Positions 1 to 8,731 of a DNA stretch of 64,000 nt are shown here, one piece after another. Origin of the DNA: Cenarchaeum sp. (lineage in GTDB: Archaea; Thermoproteota; Nitrososphaeria; Nitrososphaerales; Nitrosopumilaceae); the NCBI GenBank assembly GCA_963692915.1, contig OY843584.1, positions 1,120,001 through 1,184,000 on the forward strand. Direction: 5' to 3'. Made by a program: the position numbers and the translations under genes. Within the stretch, counting starts at the first letter, position 1. Each line of letters begins with the position of its first letter. The notes beneath the pieces were generated by a model. The model did no database searches. It was not told the origin of the DNA and saw only the letters and a list, made by a program, of their open reading frames with translations.

Positions 1-2787
1 GGCAGTAGAGTCAAGCTCGGCATGGACCAAAAAGAGCGTCCGCGCGTTCGTTAAGGTCTGCGTCGCGGCACCATCAGAGTCCACGGCAGTCGCGACGCCC
101 GTGACGGCCACGCCGGCGACTGTCCAGTCAGCCACGCGGGCAGTCCCCGTGACAAGCTCGCTGAACGTGATCTCGGTCCGGTCCAGCCTCGCCGTCTCGG
201 CAGTAAATGTCGGCATCATGGTATCAATCACCACTGCAGATGACGTGTCGGCCACGGCGTTGTCGGCCATATCGACGATAGAGTTGGCCCTGGCAGACTC
301 GCCATCACTAGGCACGTCGAGCGTGAGCGTGATCGCCTTGGACTGGTCAAAGGCCGGATAACCGCTAGTCGCGTCATTGCTGGCCACGACGGCAAGCGTG
401 CCGGCCGTGGCAAACGCCGTGTTGACCACCGACGTAGCCGAGACCGTAATGTCCGCATCAGCGGCGTTCTTGCCGGTGAACTTCCAGTCAGCTATCGTCG
501 GCAGCGTCTTGCCGGTGGCCATCGAGACGGGCTCAGAGAAGGTCACCGTGACGGTGTGTACGCCGCCCACTATGGAGATCGAGGCGCCAAACGTGGGCGA
601 GACGCCATCAGAGGCCACGACAGAGTCTTGCCCCACGGCCAGGTCATCAGCGTCGGCCAGCGCGCCAGTCTCGCTGCCGGAGGCCACAGTATACTTGACA
701 GTCGGCACAGAGGCCGTCGAGGAGAGTGCTGCGTGCGTGATGGTAAAGGACAAGGCGCGAGCTGACTCGGGTATGGTATAGTCGGTGCCGACGATTGCCG
801 CATTTGAATCATCAACGCGCAGCACGGTTACGACCCTAGACCTGTCGCCCTCGCCCGCGCTGTCAGTCACCGCCCACTCGCCGACTGCAAGGCGGCCGTC
901 AACTGTTACATCGGCACCAGAGGGGCTCTTTAGCGTCACGACTGTAGTCGTCAGGCTCGCAGTCGCAGCCTCAAAGGTCACTGTCGGAACGCGCTCCACG
1001 TCACCATCGGGAACGGCCCCCTCGTTGTCGCGAAGCGCGCCGCCTGTGACGCCCTTTAGGTCCGGAAAGCCCGAGTATGCGACATTTACCCTGTCCGGAG
1101 TCGTAGACGAGCGAGTCGCGTGCGTGATCGTGATCGAGGAGACAGGCGCCGAGGGCAATATCGTGAGCGTGGCGGCCGCAGTCCCCCCTGCGCTGAGCGT
1201 CGAGATGACACGCTCTGTCTCGGTCTCGCCGACCGTGTCAGTCACCTCCCAGTCGCCGATCGCAGTCGTGCCAGCTACTGGCTGCGTGAACGTGACTACT
1301 GTCGTAGTCGGGTCGATGCTAGAGACGCCAGAGACAAAGGGCGGCTGCGTGTTTGTGGCAAGCGCGCTAGTCTGCGAGGCGACATCATCGCCGTCAGCGA
1401 CTGACTCGATGCCGGCCCCGCCAGAGGAGGGCACATAGCGCACGATGGGCGTCGCGGCAAGCGAAAAGGCGTTGGCATCAGGGACCGTGAGCACAAGGGA
1501 GACGCTGCCTGATATCGGGCCGGCCGACGCGGCGGCAAATGACTCTGTGTCTGTCGGCGTGGCTATGCGCGTGGCGGGCGTAGAGTCGACGAGCCACTCG
1601 GCGGCCGCAGGCGCGCTCAGCGTGCCGGTGAGGCGTATATGCTCGCCAAAGGTCACGCGTATCTCGGTGGGCGAGCGAATGGTGGCCTCAAAGCGCGGCG
1701 AGCCAAACGTCGCAGTCACGGTCCCGCCGTCAAATGACGGCGAGCCGTCGGCATAGTCTATCGAGTCAGGCAGCACGAGCGAATGGCCGGCCGGCGTCGT
1801 GACCGAGGCGCTCAGCGCCAGGTCGACAACGGTGGAGCTCGCCGCGGTGATAGCGGCAACAGGCGCGTCATACGCCACAGTGGAGCCGACAGGCGTAACC
1901 GATATGGTCGCAGGCAGTGTAGAGACGGAGACTGCCTCGGCAAAGGTGACGCGCAACAGGAGCGCGTCGACGAACTCGGCGGTGGCGACCTGCGAGGTCG
2001 CAGTAGCGCTCAGTGCGCTGGCGGCAGTCACGCCGTTGTGGTTTGCGGCTGCGCTCGGCAGCGTCACCGTGTACGTCGTGGATGGCAGAACGTCAGGAAT
2101 GCGGATTGTGAGCTTTGTGTTGCCGTCAAACTCGGCATCGAGGTGCACAAGCGTGCCTCCGGCCGGCGTGACAGATATTTGCAGGCCGGCAGCCATCGCA
2201 TCCGTGTCAAGCGTGGGGCCGCGCATCCGTTGCGTAAAGGTGAGCTCGATAGTGTCATGTGTCAAAAATAGCGCAGTCGGCGCAGTGGGAGCAGCAGTAT
2301 AGTATGTCGCCGTGACAGTCGTGGCATCTGTCGTGTTTGGCGTCGCGACGAGATCAGAGATCGACGGAACCGAGATCATCACCGACGCGCCGGCGGCGAG
2401 TGCCGGAGTGATGTTGAATGTGACCTGTTCGGGGTTTGTCGACGTGCTGTGGGCCTGACCCGAGGCCGTAAATGACGAAGTGCTCACGCTAAATGGGCCG
2501 GGCGGCGCGATGGCCTCGCTAAAGACGATCGTCACGGGGCTCACCGGTGTAGTGTCTGTGGTCGGCGCGCCGACAGTGACTGTCGAGACGACCGGTCCGG
2601 CGCCGTCTGCGGCAGTCGCCATCGCGCCGGCGGCGAGCGCATTGTCGGCCCGATCAAGGATCGGGTTTGCCGGCAGCGTCGCCACCTGGGCCGCCGCGTC
2701 GCTCCCGCCGAGTCCGGCAAGGAGCGTTATGGCAGCTAGCATAGCAATGCCCGTAGAGGACAACCTACTGTGGCTCAATTGGGCCAT
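1..2787 (-). CDS. Giant secreted/surface protein with Ig-like beta-sandwich repeats (5' part; runs off the left edge)
   Basis: Absent from the ORF track because there is no stop in the window. ATG at 2787 gives MAQLSHSRLSSTGIAMLAAITLLAGLGGSDAAAQ (signal peptide), then Thr/Ala/Val/Ser-rich repeats of type TVTFSEPV..ADW.V. Frame spot-checked at start, middle and window edge. TATA-like TTATAA ~20-25 nt upstream. Confidence 0.85.
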   Translation of the reverse strand, partial: MAQLSHSRLSSTGIAMLAAITLLAGLGGSDAAAQVATLPANPILDRADNALAAGAMATAADGAGPVVSTVTVGAPTTDTTPVSPVTIVFSEAIAPPGPFSVSTSSFTASGQAHSTSTNPEQVTFNITPALAAGASVMISVPSISDLVATPNTTDATTVTATYYTAAPTAPTALFLTHDTIELTFTQRMRGPTLDTDAMAAGLQISVTPAGGTLVHLDAEFDGNTKLTIRIPDVLPSTTYTVTLPSAAANHNGVTAASALSATATSQVATAEFVDALLLRVTFAEAVSVSTLPATISVTPVGSTVAYDAPVAAITAASSTVVDLALSASVTTPAGHSLVLPDSIDYADGSPSFDGGTVTATFGSPRFEATIRSPTEIRVTFGEHIRLTGTLSAPAAAEWLVDSTPATRIATPTDTESFAAASAGPISGSVSLVLTVPDANAFSLAATPIVRYVPSSGGAGIESVADGDDVASQTSALATNTQPPFVSGVSSIDPTTTVVTFTQPVAGTTAIGDWEVTDTVGETETERVISTLSAGGTAAATLTILPSAPVSSITITHATRSSTTPDRVNVAYSGFPDLKGVTGGALRDNEGAVPDGDVERVPTVTFEAATASLTTTVVTLKSPSGADVTVDGRLAVGEWAVTDSAGEGDRSRVVTVLRVDDSNAAIVGTDYTIPESARALSFTITHAALSSTASVPTVKYTVASGSETGALADADDLAVGQDSVVASDGVSPTFGASISIVGGVHTVTVTFSEPVSMATGKTLPTIADWKFTGKNAADADITVSATSVVNTAFATAGTLAVVASNDATSGYPAFDQSKAITLTLDVPSDGESARANSIVDMADNAVADTSSAVVIDTMMPTFTAETARLDRTEITFSELVTGTARVADWTVAGVAVTGVATAVDSDGAATQTLTNARTLFLVHAELDSTA

Positions 2788-2820
2788 TCGGGCGCGCGTT
2801 AGGTTATAAGCATAGTGGCA

Positions 2821-2991
2821 GAAAATAGCGCGATCAGGGCATGATCGCGCCCCCCCCCCCCCCCCCCCAATTTTGGGCGGTGAATGTAGGCGGGCAAGAC
2901 GCCAAACTGTCAAGTCGGCCCAGGGCTGGGCATCGGGCCGGCGCAGGCCGACAGGTCGGCAGGAGTCCCGTGTCGCACTTTTGCGCAGGGC
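2821..2991. repeat. Direct repeat copy 1 (~170 bp) containing a C19 tract (2850-2868)
   Basis: Aligns by eye with 6628-6790: gatcagg.catgatcgcg(C)n aattttggg.ggtgaatg...gcaagacgccaaactg...aagtcggcccagggctgggcatcgggccggcgcaggccg...aggagtcccgtgtcgcacttt..gcgcagggc. Confidence 0.95.
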
Positions 2992-3051
2992 GAGTCGGAC
3001 AAGCCAATCATCGATCGCAAAAAAAGCGGCGGCCGTGCCGGCGCAGAAATC

Positions 3052-4077
3052 CTATTTGGCGCGAACCATAAACCCTGGGAGGGAGCTTGCCGAGCCGCTG
3101 TAAGCTGTGGCGCAATAGCGCGCAACAGTCAGCTCGTCATCCCCACAGTGCACTGCAGTGGGGCCACTGATGAACAGTGGCCCGCCGCGCATGGATGTCA
3201 CATAGGCCACGTCATCAGGAATATTGTCACTTTGCAGAACCGTCAGTCCAGGGAAGCAAAAGACATTGCCATACGGCGAGTCTGCGGCATCGTCATGTTC
3301 TACTGTTATGGACCGACCCACAAACATCGTGTCGAGCCGGTATGGCAAGTCACTGCCAAGGCTCTTGACAAGGTCCAGTGCAAGACTTGGGGACATTGGG
3401 CGGTCGATATTTAGGGTCTGCGCGTGCTTGGGGAGCTTGGCAAGCCGTTCCCGGCAAAGTGAGTCCTCAAGGGACCAGATTTTTGGCATGATATCGTTGA
3501 GAAGGCCTGTAGGGTCGGGATTGTCAAGCAGGTGTTTGGCGACGGAGAATGTTCTAGGACGCATGCCAATTAATCTATCATGTAAAGGAAGGTGCATAAC
3601 TTCATGAGGATATGACGACAGTTGGAATGCCATATCGCTAAGAAAACGCATCTCAAAGTGGGTTGTGCGGAACCCATACGGCAGGTGAGCCTGTATCGCA
3701 TGTTCAAAAAAAGAGTCAATTTGTGGCGTGAGATCCTGTGACGGGTATGTGCACAGGCCATAATTATTTAATGAGTATTCTACATGATGATATTTCGGAT
3801 CGCCATAGTCAATATTATCAGAGACGCCAACATGGCATACAGCATCACGGTGATCAAATTCACTGCGCATGACGATAGCAGAGCTGCAAGGAGAAAGAGA
3901 GCAGCGTTGGGCATGGTCGAACACAGTTGAGCTGCTTGTCCCATGATGCAGTCCATGTATATGGGCTAGCGCTAGCGGCAACTCTTCGGGCACATACGCA
4001 TCAAGGCTCACACGCCAGGGCAACAGACGGAAACATATACGTGTTTGAGCAGAAATGGCACAAGTCCTGCAAGTCAT
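3052..4077 (-). CDS. Hypothetical protein, paralog of 5413..6525; C-terminal half has an HK97 capsid/encapsulin-like pattern
   Basis: Long ORF with uncertain start (ATG 4077 chosen). Shared blocks IW..ED..C.E.L, RLDT.FV, G.T.L.S..(I/M)P.D, GP.F..GP......D.E..V.RYC with the paralog. Confidence 0.6.
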   Translation of the reverse strand: MTCRTCAISAQTRICFRLLPWRVSLDAYVPEELPLALAHIHGLHHGTSSSTVFDHAQRCSLSPCSSAIVMRSEFDHRDAVCHVGVSDNIDYGDPKYHHVEYSLNNYGLCTYPSQDLTPQIDSFFEHAIQAHLPYGFRTTHFEMRFLSDMAFQLSSYPHEVMHLPLHDRLIGMRPRTFSVAKHLLDNPDPTGLLNDIMPKIWSLEDSLCRERLAKLPKHAQTLNIDRPMSPSLALDLVKSLGSDLPYRLDTMFVGRSITVEHDDAADSPYGNVFCFPGLTVLQSDNIPDDVAYVTSMRGGPLFISGPTAVHCGDDELTVARYCATAYSGSASSLPGFMVRAK

Positions 4078-4288
4078 GCGGCAAGGATCAGTGCGCGCGC
4101 ATCGCCCTGAGGAGATGGCATGGTGTGGGACTATTGTATAAACGGCCTTGGCCGATACCCGCACTCCTGAACAGTCTCCCCTAGGCACGCTCTTTGACCA
4201 GCATGTGACAAAAGGCTGTCAGTCATTTATGGCCAGGCACGGGATCGCGCACCCAAACCCCCAAATCGCCATCGGATCACATGGCGCA

Positions 4289-5317
4289 CTACCAGTGTCC
4301 AAGCCTATGCCCCTCCCTTAGCATCCAGGCAAGCCGCCCAGAGTTGACGCGCAGCTGGCCCACCCTGTATGGAATGTCAACGAGCACGCAAAACAGCACG
4401 TGGTCAGCATGGGACTCGTACATGTCAACCGTGATGTCGCGGCCGAGCCTGTCAGGATACCGGCCAGTGGAATTGTGCAAGAACAGCGGCATGTAATGTG
4501 GTGCGTGCGAGATCAAGATCTGAAATCCAAACTCCATGACCAGGCGGCGAAGAAACTTGCCATATGGAAAGTCCCCCCCCCCCCCCCCCCCAAGGCGTGA
4601 CCTTGCGCCATCAGAAAGGAATGCCTGACACTCGCGAAAATGGCGCGCAAAGAGGGCACGTTCGGCAAGATTCTCCGCAAGCGCCATATGGCCCGCACGG
4701 CATTTTGAGAGGGCGGCATAGTCCAGGGTTTTGTGGGAGAGCAGCGGGGCATCCAGGGTGCGGTTGGATATTTTAGGCAAGGCCATGCCAGTCCGTCCGG
4801 TGAGGGAGAGGAGTGAGGAGGTGTGCTTTTTTTGCTGCGAGTTGAGAATGGCAATGGCGTTTTCTTTTACCTGAAATCCCATATGGCTCTTCCATGTGCG
4901 AGACTTCCACGACGAGTCACCTAGCCAAACTTTCCAGGCATGGGCCATGAACTGGGCCGCGTTCTCATCACGGGCCGCATCTGGCCCTGGTGCGGCATTG
5001 ATATACGAGGCGAGCAGGTCACCAGACGGCACGGAGGGCAGCCCTATTCCGGCAATGTGGTCGGCATATAGCCGGTATATGTGGGGATAGAACTGGTGTC
5101 CAAGTGAGCCCAGGATGGACGTGCCGATGTCCCGGTCAACCTCCTCGCAAAGCCTGAGAACAACGGCCTTTAGCTGCTTTTCAATGGACTGCTGGCCAAG
5201 ATACATGGCAGACCCCAGGGCGTATCCGGACCGGCAAAACCTTGCGATGAGCTGGGACTGGATCAGCTCAGAGGCGGCCTGCTGCTCAAAATGCCCCGAC
5301 ATTTGGCGCATGGGCAA
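4289..5317 (-). CDS. HEPN-domain protein with a large internal insertion
   Basis: AMYLGQQSIEKQLKA (HEPN QQxxEKxLKA helix), LGH, and C-terminal RYPD; in-frame G19 tract encoding Gly6. Confidence 0.75.
   Translation of the reverse strand: MPMRQMSGHFEQQAASELIQSQLIARFCRSGYALGSAMYLGQQSIEKQLKAVVLRLCEEVDRDIGTSILGSLGHQFYPHIYRLYADHIAGIGLPSVPSGDLLASYINAAPGPDAARDENAAQFMAHAWKVWLGDSSWKSRTWKSHMGFQVKENAIAILNSQQKKHTSSLLSLTGRTGMALPKISNRTLDAPLLSHKTLDYAALSKCRAGHMALAENLAERALFARHFRECQAFLSDGARSRLGGGGGGDFPYGKFLRRLVMEFGFQILISHAPHYMPLFLHNSTGRYPDRLGRDITVDMYESHADHVLFCVLVDIPYRVGQLRVNSGRLAWMLREGHRLGHW
4573..4591. repeat. C19 homopolymer (G19 on the coding strand) inside the HEPN gene
   Basis: Directly visible; translates as L-GGGGGG-D. 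Confidence 0.95.
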
Positions 5318-5412
5318 TCACGTGACATGTCCCGTGCCATCCATTGTCAGTAGGGTCATGCGCGCGCACGGGCAGCCGTGCCGCAGGCGAACAGGGACAG
5401 ATCCGTGCGCAG

Positions 5413-6525
5413 TCATCTAGTGCCCCCCTCGGACTGTTTCTTGCTTTTTCTCCACTCCATTGTAGAGTTGAACTTTACTCCCCACGGAACGCCTTGCGCG
5501 CCAGTGGTCGGTGGAAAGGCCAGATCACAATAGCGCTCAACTTTGATCTCAGAGTCCGTGCTGCGCAGTATTGACGGGCCATGGACAAACACCGGACCCT
5601 GCGCAGACGACGTGGCAAACGAAGAGTCAGGGGGCATCGAGGATGAGTGCAGGAACGTAATGCCGTTCAGGCGAACCATGTTTCTATAGTCTGGATATCC
5701 CTCAGACCAGTCAAGTGTTCTCGGATCACGGCCAAAGAGCAAGAGATACAGGCCATAGTCCACAAATACCGTGTCAAGGCGCATGTCGTCCGGACGCGAG
5801 CGGTTTAGCCTGCCGACAAAGTCCTCGAGATCGGCGAGTGTAGAGTCCCAGTGGCACGCAAACGTCTCTTCGCCGTCTAGTGCCATCAGCTGCTCAAGGC
5901 ACATGGCATCCTCACGCCACCATATGCTGTCAGCCATGTTATAGTAAAAGTCATTGGCGCCAGGACGCATAAAGTCAGGCCTCTTGATTTTAAGCGCAAA
6001 GTGCGGCATGTCTGCCATGCCCGTGCGCCCGTGATCGCACACGGCCTTTCCGTTGGCAGGAGACGGAACCTGGGATTCTGCACATTCCTGCCTGGCAAGA
6101 CGTGTCCGTTGCACCCTAAATCCGGCGGCAAGGGGCGCAGACGGCGCATTGCCGTCCGGATCCATAACGCGCGCATCGGAGAGCTGCGGCACGTCGGGGG
6201 ACCCGATGAGGCGCCGGTCAAGCTGGAGCATTGCCTGGCCCCGGGAGCCGGCCTGGCGGACAGACGCTGCCCTAGAGTACGTGATCCTGCCGTGCGCGCT
6301 GACCTCAACTGTAGAGCCGGGCTCAAGCGCGCAGCACGGCACGCTATCGACTAGGAATCTCCCCGAGTTGGGGCCTTGCGGGCATGTTGGGGGGACCGCA
6401 TCGGAGAACTGCGCCTCGCGATGGCAGTCACAGTGCCCAAGGAATAGATCGACTGCCCTGCTCAGCGAGGTCTGATCCGCATAGGAATAGTGGTCTGCAG
6501 GCCCGGCGCGCCCGTCGTTTGTCAT
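5413..6525 (-). CDS. Hypothetical protein, paralog of 3052..4077; HK97 capsid/encapsulin-like C-terminal pattern
   Basis: 370-aa ORF; TTATAA ~25 nt upstream of ATG; MADSIWWREDAMCLEQL...RLDTVFVDYGLYLLL...LNGITFLHSSSMPPD...GPVFVHGP...VERYC. Confidence 0.65.
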   Translation of the reverse strand: MTNDGRAGPADHYSYADQTSLSRAVDLFLGHCDCHREAQFSDAVPPTCPQGPNSGRFLVDSVPCCALEPGSTVEVSAHGRITYSRAASVRQAGSRGQAMLQLDRRLIGSPDVPQLSDARVMDPDGNAPSAPLAAGFRVQRTRLARQECAESQVPSPANGKAVCDHGRTGMADMPHFALKIKRPDFMRPGANDFYYNMADSIWWREDAMCLEQLMALDGEETFACHWDSTLADLEDFVGRLNRSRPDDMRLDTVFVDYGLYLLLFGRDPRTLDWSEGYPDYRNMVRLNGITFLHSSSMPPDSSFATSSAQGPVFVHGPSILRSTDSEIKVERYCDLAFPPTTGAQGVPWGVKFNSTMEWRKSKKQSEGGTR

Positions 6526-6627
6526 GCAGATGATTAATGGGCGGCATTATAATAATGTGATGGTGTGTGCTAGGCATGAGGGCCGCACCCCTGCCCATTT
6601 GGTCAGATAGGCGCGCTGACCTCATAC

Positions 6628-6790
6628 GAAAATGGCGTGATCAGGCCATGATCGCGCCCCCCCCCCCCCCCCAATTTTGGGGGGGTGAATGCAGAGCCGC
6701 AAGACGCCAAACTGCCAAAGTCGGCCCAGGGCTGGGCATCGGGCCGGCGCAGGCCGGCAGAGGAGTCCCGTGTCGCACTTTGCGCAGGGC
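6628..6790. repeat. Direct repeat copy 2 containing a C16 tract (6657-6672) followed by AATTTT-G7
   Basis: Homologous to 2821-2991; C-run/AATTTT/G-run can form a hairpin. Confidence 0.95.
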
Positions 6791-6910
6791 AGCGACGTGC
6801 AAGAACTAGTCGCAGCAGCAGATCGTGCAAACGGTTCGCGCAGCATCGTTTTCGCGCGCACAAGTTGTGCGGCCGCGCCGCGTGGCAGAGAGATGCGGCA
6901 TGAAAGACGC

Positions 6911-7000
6911 GGGTGGGGCGTGTCGGCCATGCCGCACTGCCATGTCATGCGGCCTGTCTATAGTCTGGCAAGAGATGGCGCGTGGGTGGGGCGTGTCGGC
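6911..7000. repeat. 17-bp direct repeat gggtggggcgtgtcggc (6911-6927, 6984-7000)
   Basis: Exact repeat, each copy preceded by ggca(g)agagatg-like sequence. Confidence 0.8.
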
Positions 7001-7350
7001 AAGCCACGGCGTGCGGTGAGCATGGCACTGTGTCGCAGTGGGTTTTGGTGGCTCGAATCGCTCGCGTCACGCGTGCAGGCGCAATCCTGTGTCATGAACA
7101 TGGCGCGCAAAGAACTGTGCAGCACAAAGCCTGCACACAGTTCTATCGGCACAAGGTGGCACAAGATCGGCGATCACACAGGGCGTTCCAGAGAACGCGT
7201 GTCCTGATCAGGGATCGTCTGGAGCCATGCGCGCAAGCCAGGCGACTGACATTGTGGGCGTGTGTGCAGCCGATCAGGAGAACAGGGCATTGCGCGAGAT
7301 GGCCACATCACGCAACGGCCAGAGATGGGCGAGCCGGCACGGTGGCGCCA

Positions 7351-7560
7351 CTATGGCATCGCATACGCGCAGAACAGCGTGCGGTTCATCTTTACGTTGA
7401 CAATGTTTCTGTGCACTATGGGGACGTTGTGGTATGTGGCGGCCTTGCTGCTGCAGATCACCAGTGTGGAGAAATACATGTCTTGCGCATTCTGCCAGGG
7501 ATATCGTGTATGTCACCGGCCAGTGAACTCAAGCCCGCAAAGGCACACGTCAGTGATATA
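7351..7560 (-). pseudogene. Degenerate tandem fragment of the adjacent prephenate dehydratase-like gene
   Basis: Minus-strand translation VICSSKAATYHNVPIVHRNIVNVKMNRTLF matches VICNREAAEHYGIPIVRRNIANVKKNQTEF of 7574..8206; the upstream part (GDIHDI vs DDIHGV) is in a different frame. Confidence 0.75.
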
Positions 7561-7573
7561 CGAGAAGGAAATT

Positions 7574-8206
7574 CTAGTCTCGGATATATGTGGTAAAGTC
7601 GCGCGTGTCATCACGGCGCTGATAGACGTGGAACTCGGTCTGGTTTTTCTTTACGTTTGCAATGTTGCGGCGCACTATGGGGATGCCATAGTGCTCTGCG
7701 GCCTCCCTGTTGCAGATCACAGCAGAGAAGGGAAGGCGGTGTTTACTCACATATTCCGCAGCAGCCGCCGTGTCTGTTATCTTTATGGATCCTGGAAGTA
7801 ACGGCATTCGGAGCATCTTGTGGCTCTCGAGAAACCTGCTGCACTGGTCGAGTGGCTCAGACTTTGAATAGACTCCGTGAATGTCATCTAGCTTTCCATA
7901 TGAGGCCAGCACGTGAGCCACGGTGAATGCGAGTGTGTGGATGTTTTGTAGGTTCAGCCTCTTTGCTATCTCAATAACAGGTGTGGCCTTGTCGCTCCCA
8001 CAGATCAGCCCGTTCACGGTGTTTCTGACTGGAACCACGGCAACATCAGCCCTTGCGCGATGCACTGTTTGAAGGCATTTGTCAAACGTGGGAAATGTCA
8101 GCACGTGCCCAGAGTCACCAAACATTTTGCGTGTCGCAAGGTCGCTATAGCTCATCTTTTGGCCGATTCGCGCGATCACGATCTGCACAGGCGATCTGTT
8201 TTTCAT
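7574..8206 (-). CDS. Prephenate dehydratase-domain protein lacking the ACT domain (divergent)
   Basis: SYSDLA, AVVPVRNTVNG, VYSKSEPLDQCSRFL, DTAAAAEYV, N.T.F motifs; TTATAA upstream. Confidence 0.8.
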   Translation of the reverse strand: MKNRSPVQIVIARIGQKMSYSDLATRKMFGDSGHVLTFPTFDKCLQTVHRARADVAVVPVRNTVNGLICGSDKATPVIEIAKRLNLQNIHTLAFTVAHVLASYGKLDDIHGVYSKSEPLDQCSRFLESHKMLRMPLLPGSIKITDTAAAAEYVSKHRLPFSAVICNREAAEHYGIPIVRRNIANVKKNQTEFHVYQRRDDTRDFTTYIRD

Positions 8207-8383
8207 CGCATTGGCATAATGCCTGATCTTTATAAGAGCTTAACAGGCCTCGCCAAACCCCCAGAGGCAGCGTCTCGGGCGCATCCCTGCCCTGATCATC
8301 GAGCACAAGTCCTTAGAACGGCCAGTCAGGACGCATGACCCACAATGCGCGCACATGCCACATGCTGCAAGCCTTGTGCACGC

Positions 8384-8731
8384 TCAATAGTCCTGTGGAG
8401 GGTTGATAGTGTCCTTTATGCTCACAAAAGCCTGCATCTTTATTGCCATGTCTCGCACGTTGGGGTCACAGAGCGTCTCATAGACCAGGGCGTCCATTAG
8501 CTCCTTTGATGGCTTTTCACCCATGGAGGAGACGAGGCCGGCGAGGTAGCCCTGCACGTAGCAGAGAGTCTCGGCCAGGCCGTTGCGCTCGTTGATCACC
8601 GGAAACATTGGGCAGGCCTCGGGGTTGGCCAGTATCCTTTTCGCATATTTCTTTGTCTCGACTACGGCGACATCGAGGGAGAGGCCATTGTCTGACTCTT
8701 GCAGATTGCGGGTGGTCGTCCTGCGCTTCAT
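8384..8731 (-). CDS. Unknown 115-aa protein, family member B1
   Basis: ATG 8731 (MKRRTT) matches the start of paralog 12774..13121; TTAATA box upstream; CPMFP and LCYVQGYLAG motifs. Confidence 0.85.
   Translation of the reverse strand: MKRRTTTRNLQESDNGLSLDVAVVETKKYAKRILANPEACPMFPVINERNGLAETLCYVQGYLAGLVSSMGEKPSKELMDALVYETLCDPNVRDMAIKMQAFVSIKDTINPPQDY

Noticed and set aside
101-2809. Series of plus-strand ORFs (86-217 aa)
   Set aside because: Antisense shadows of the long minus-strand surface protein gene.
2821-6790. Intact provirus or IS composite transposon
   Set aside because: No integrase, transposase, terminase, portal or tail genes; the repeats are direct and lack obvious terminal inverted repeats.
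6880-7010. Mini CRISPR array
   Set aside because: Only two 17-bp copies with a 56-nt gap and no cas genes.
6567-7801. Overlapping ORFs of 64-204 aa in the gap and antisense to the PDT gene
   Set aside because: No motifs or promoter; explained by repeat DNA and the antisense of the PDT gene and its fragment.
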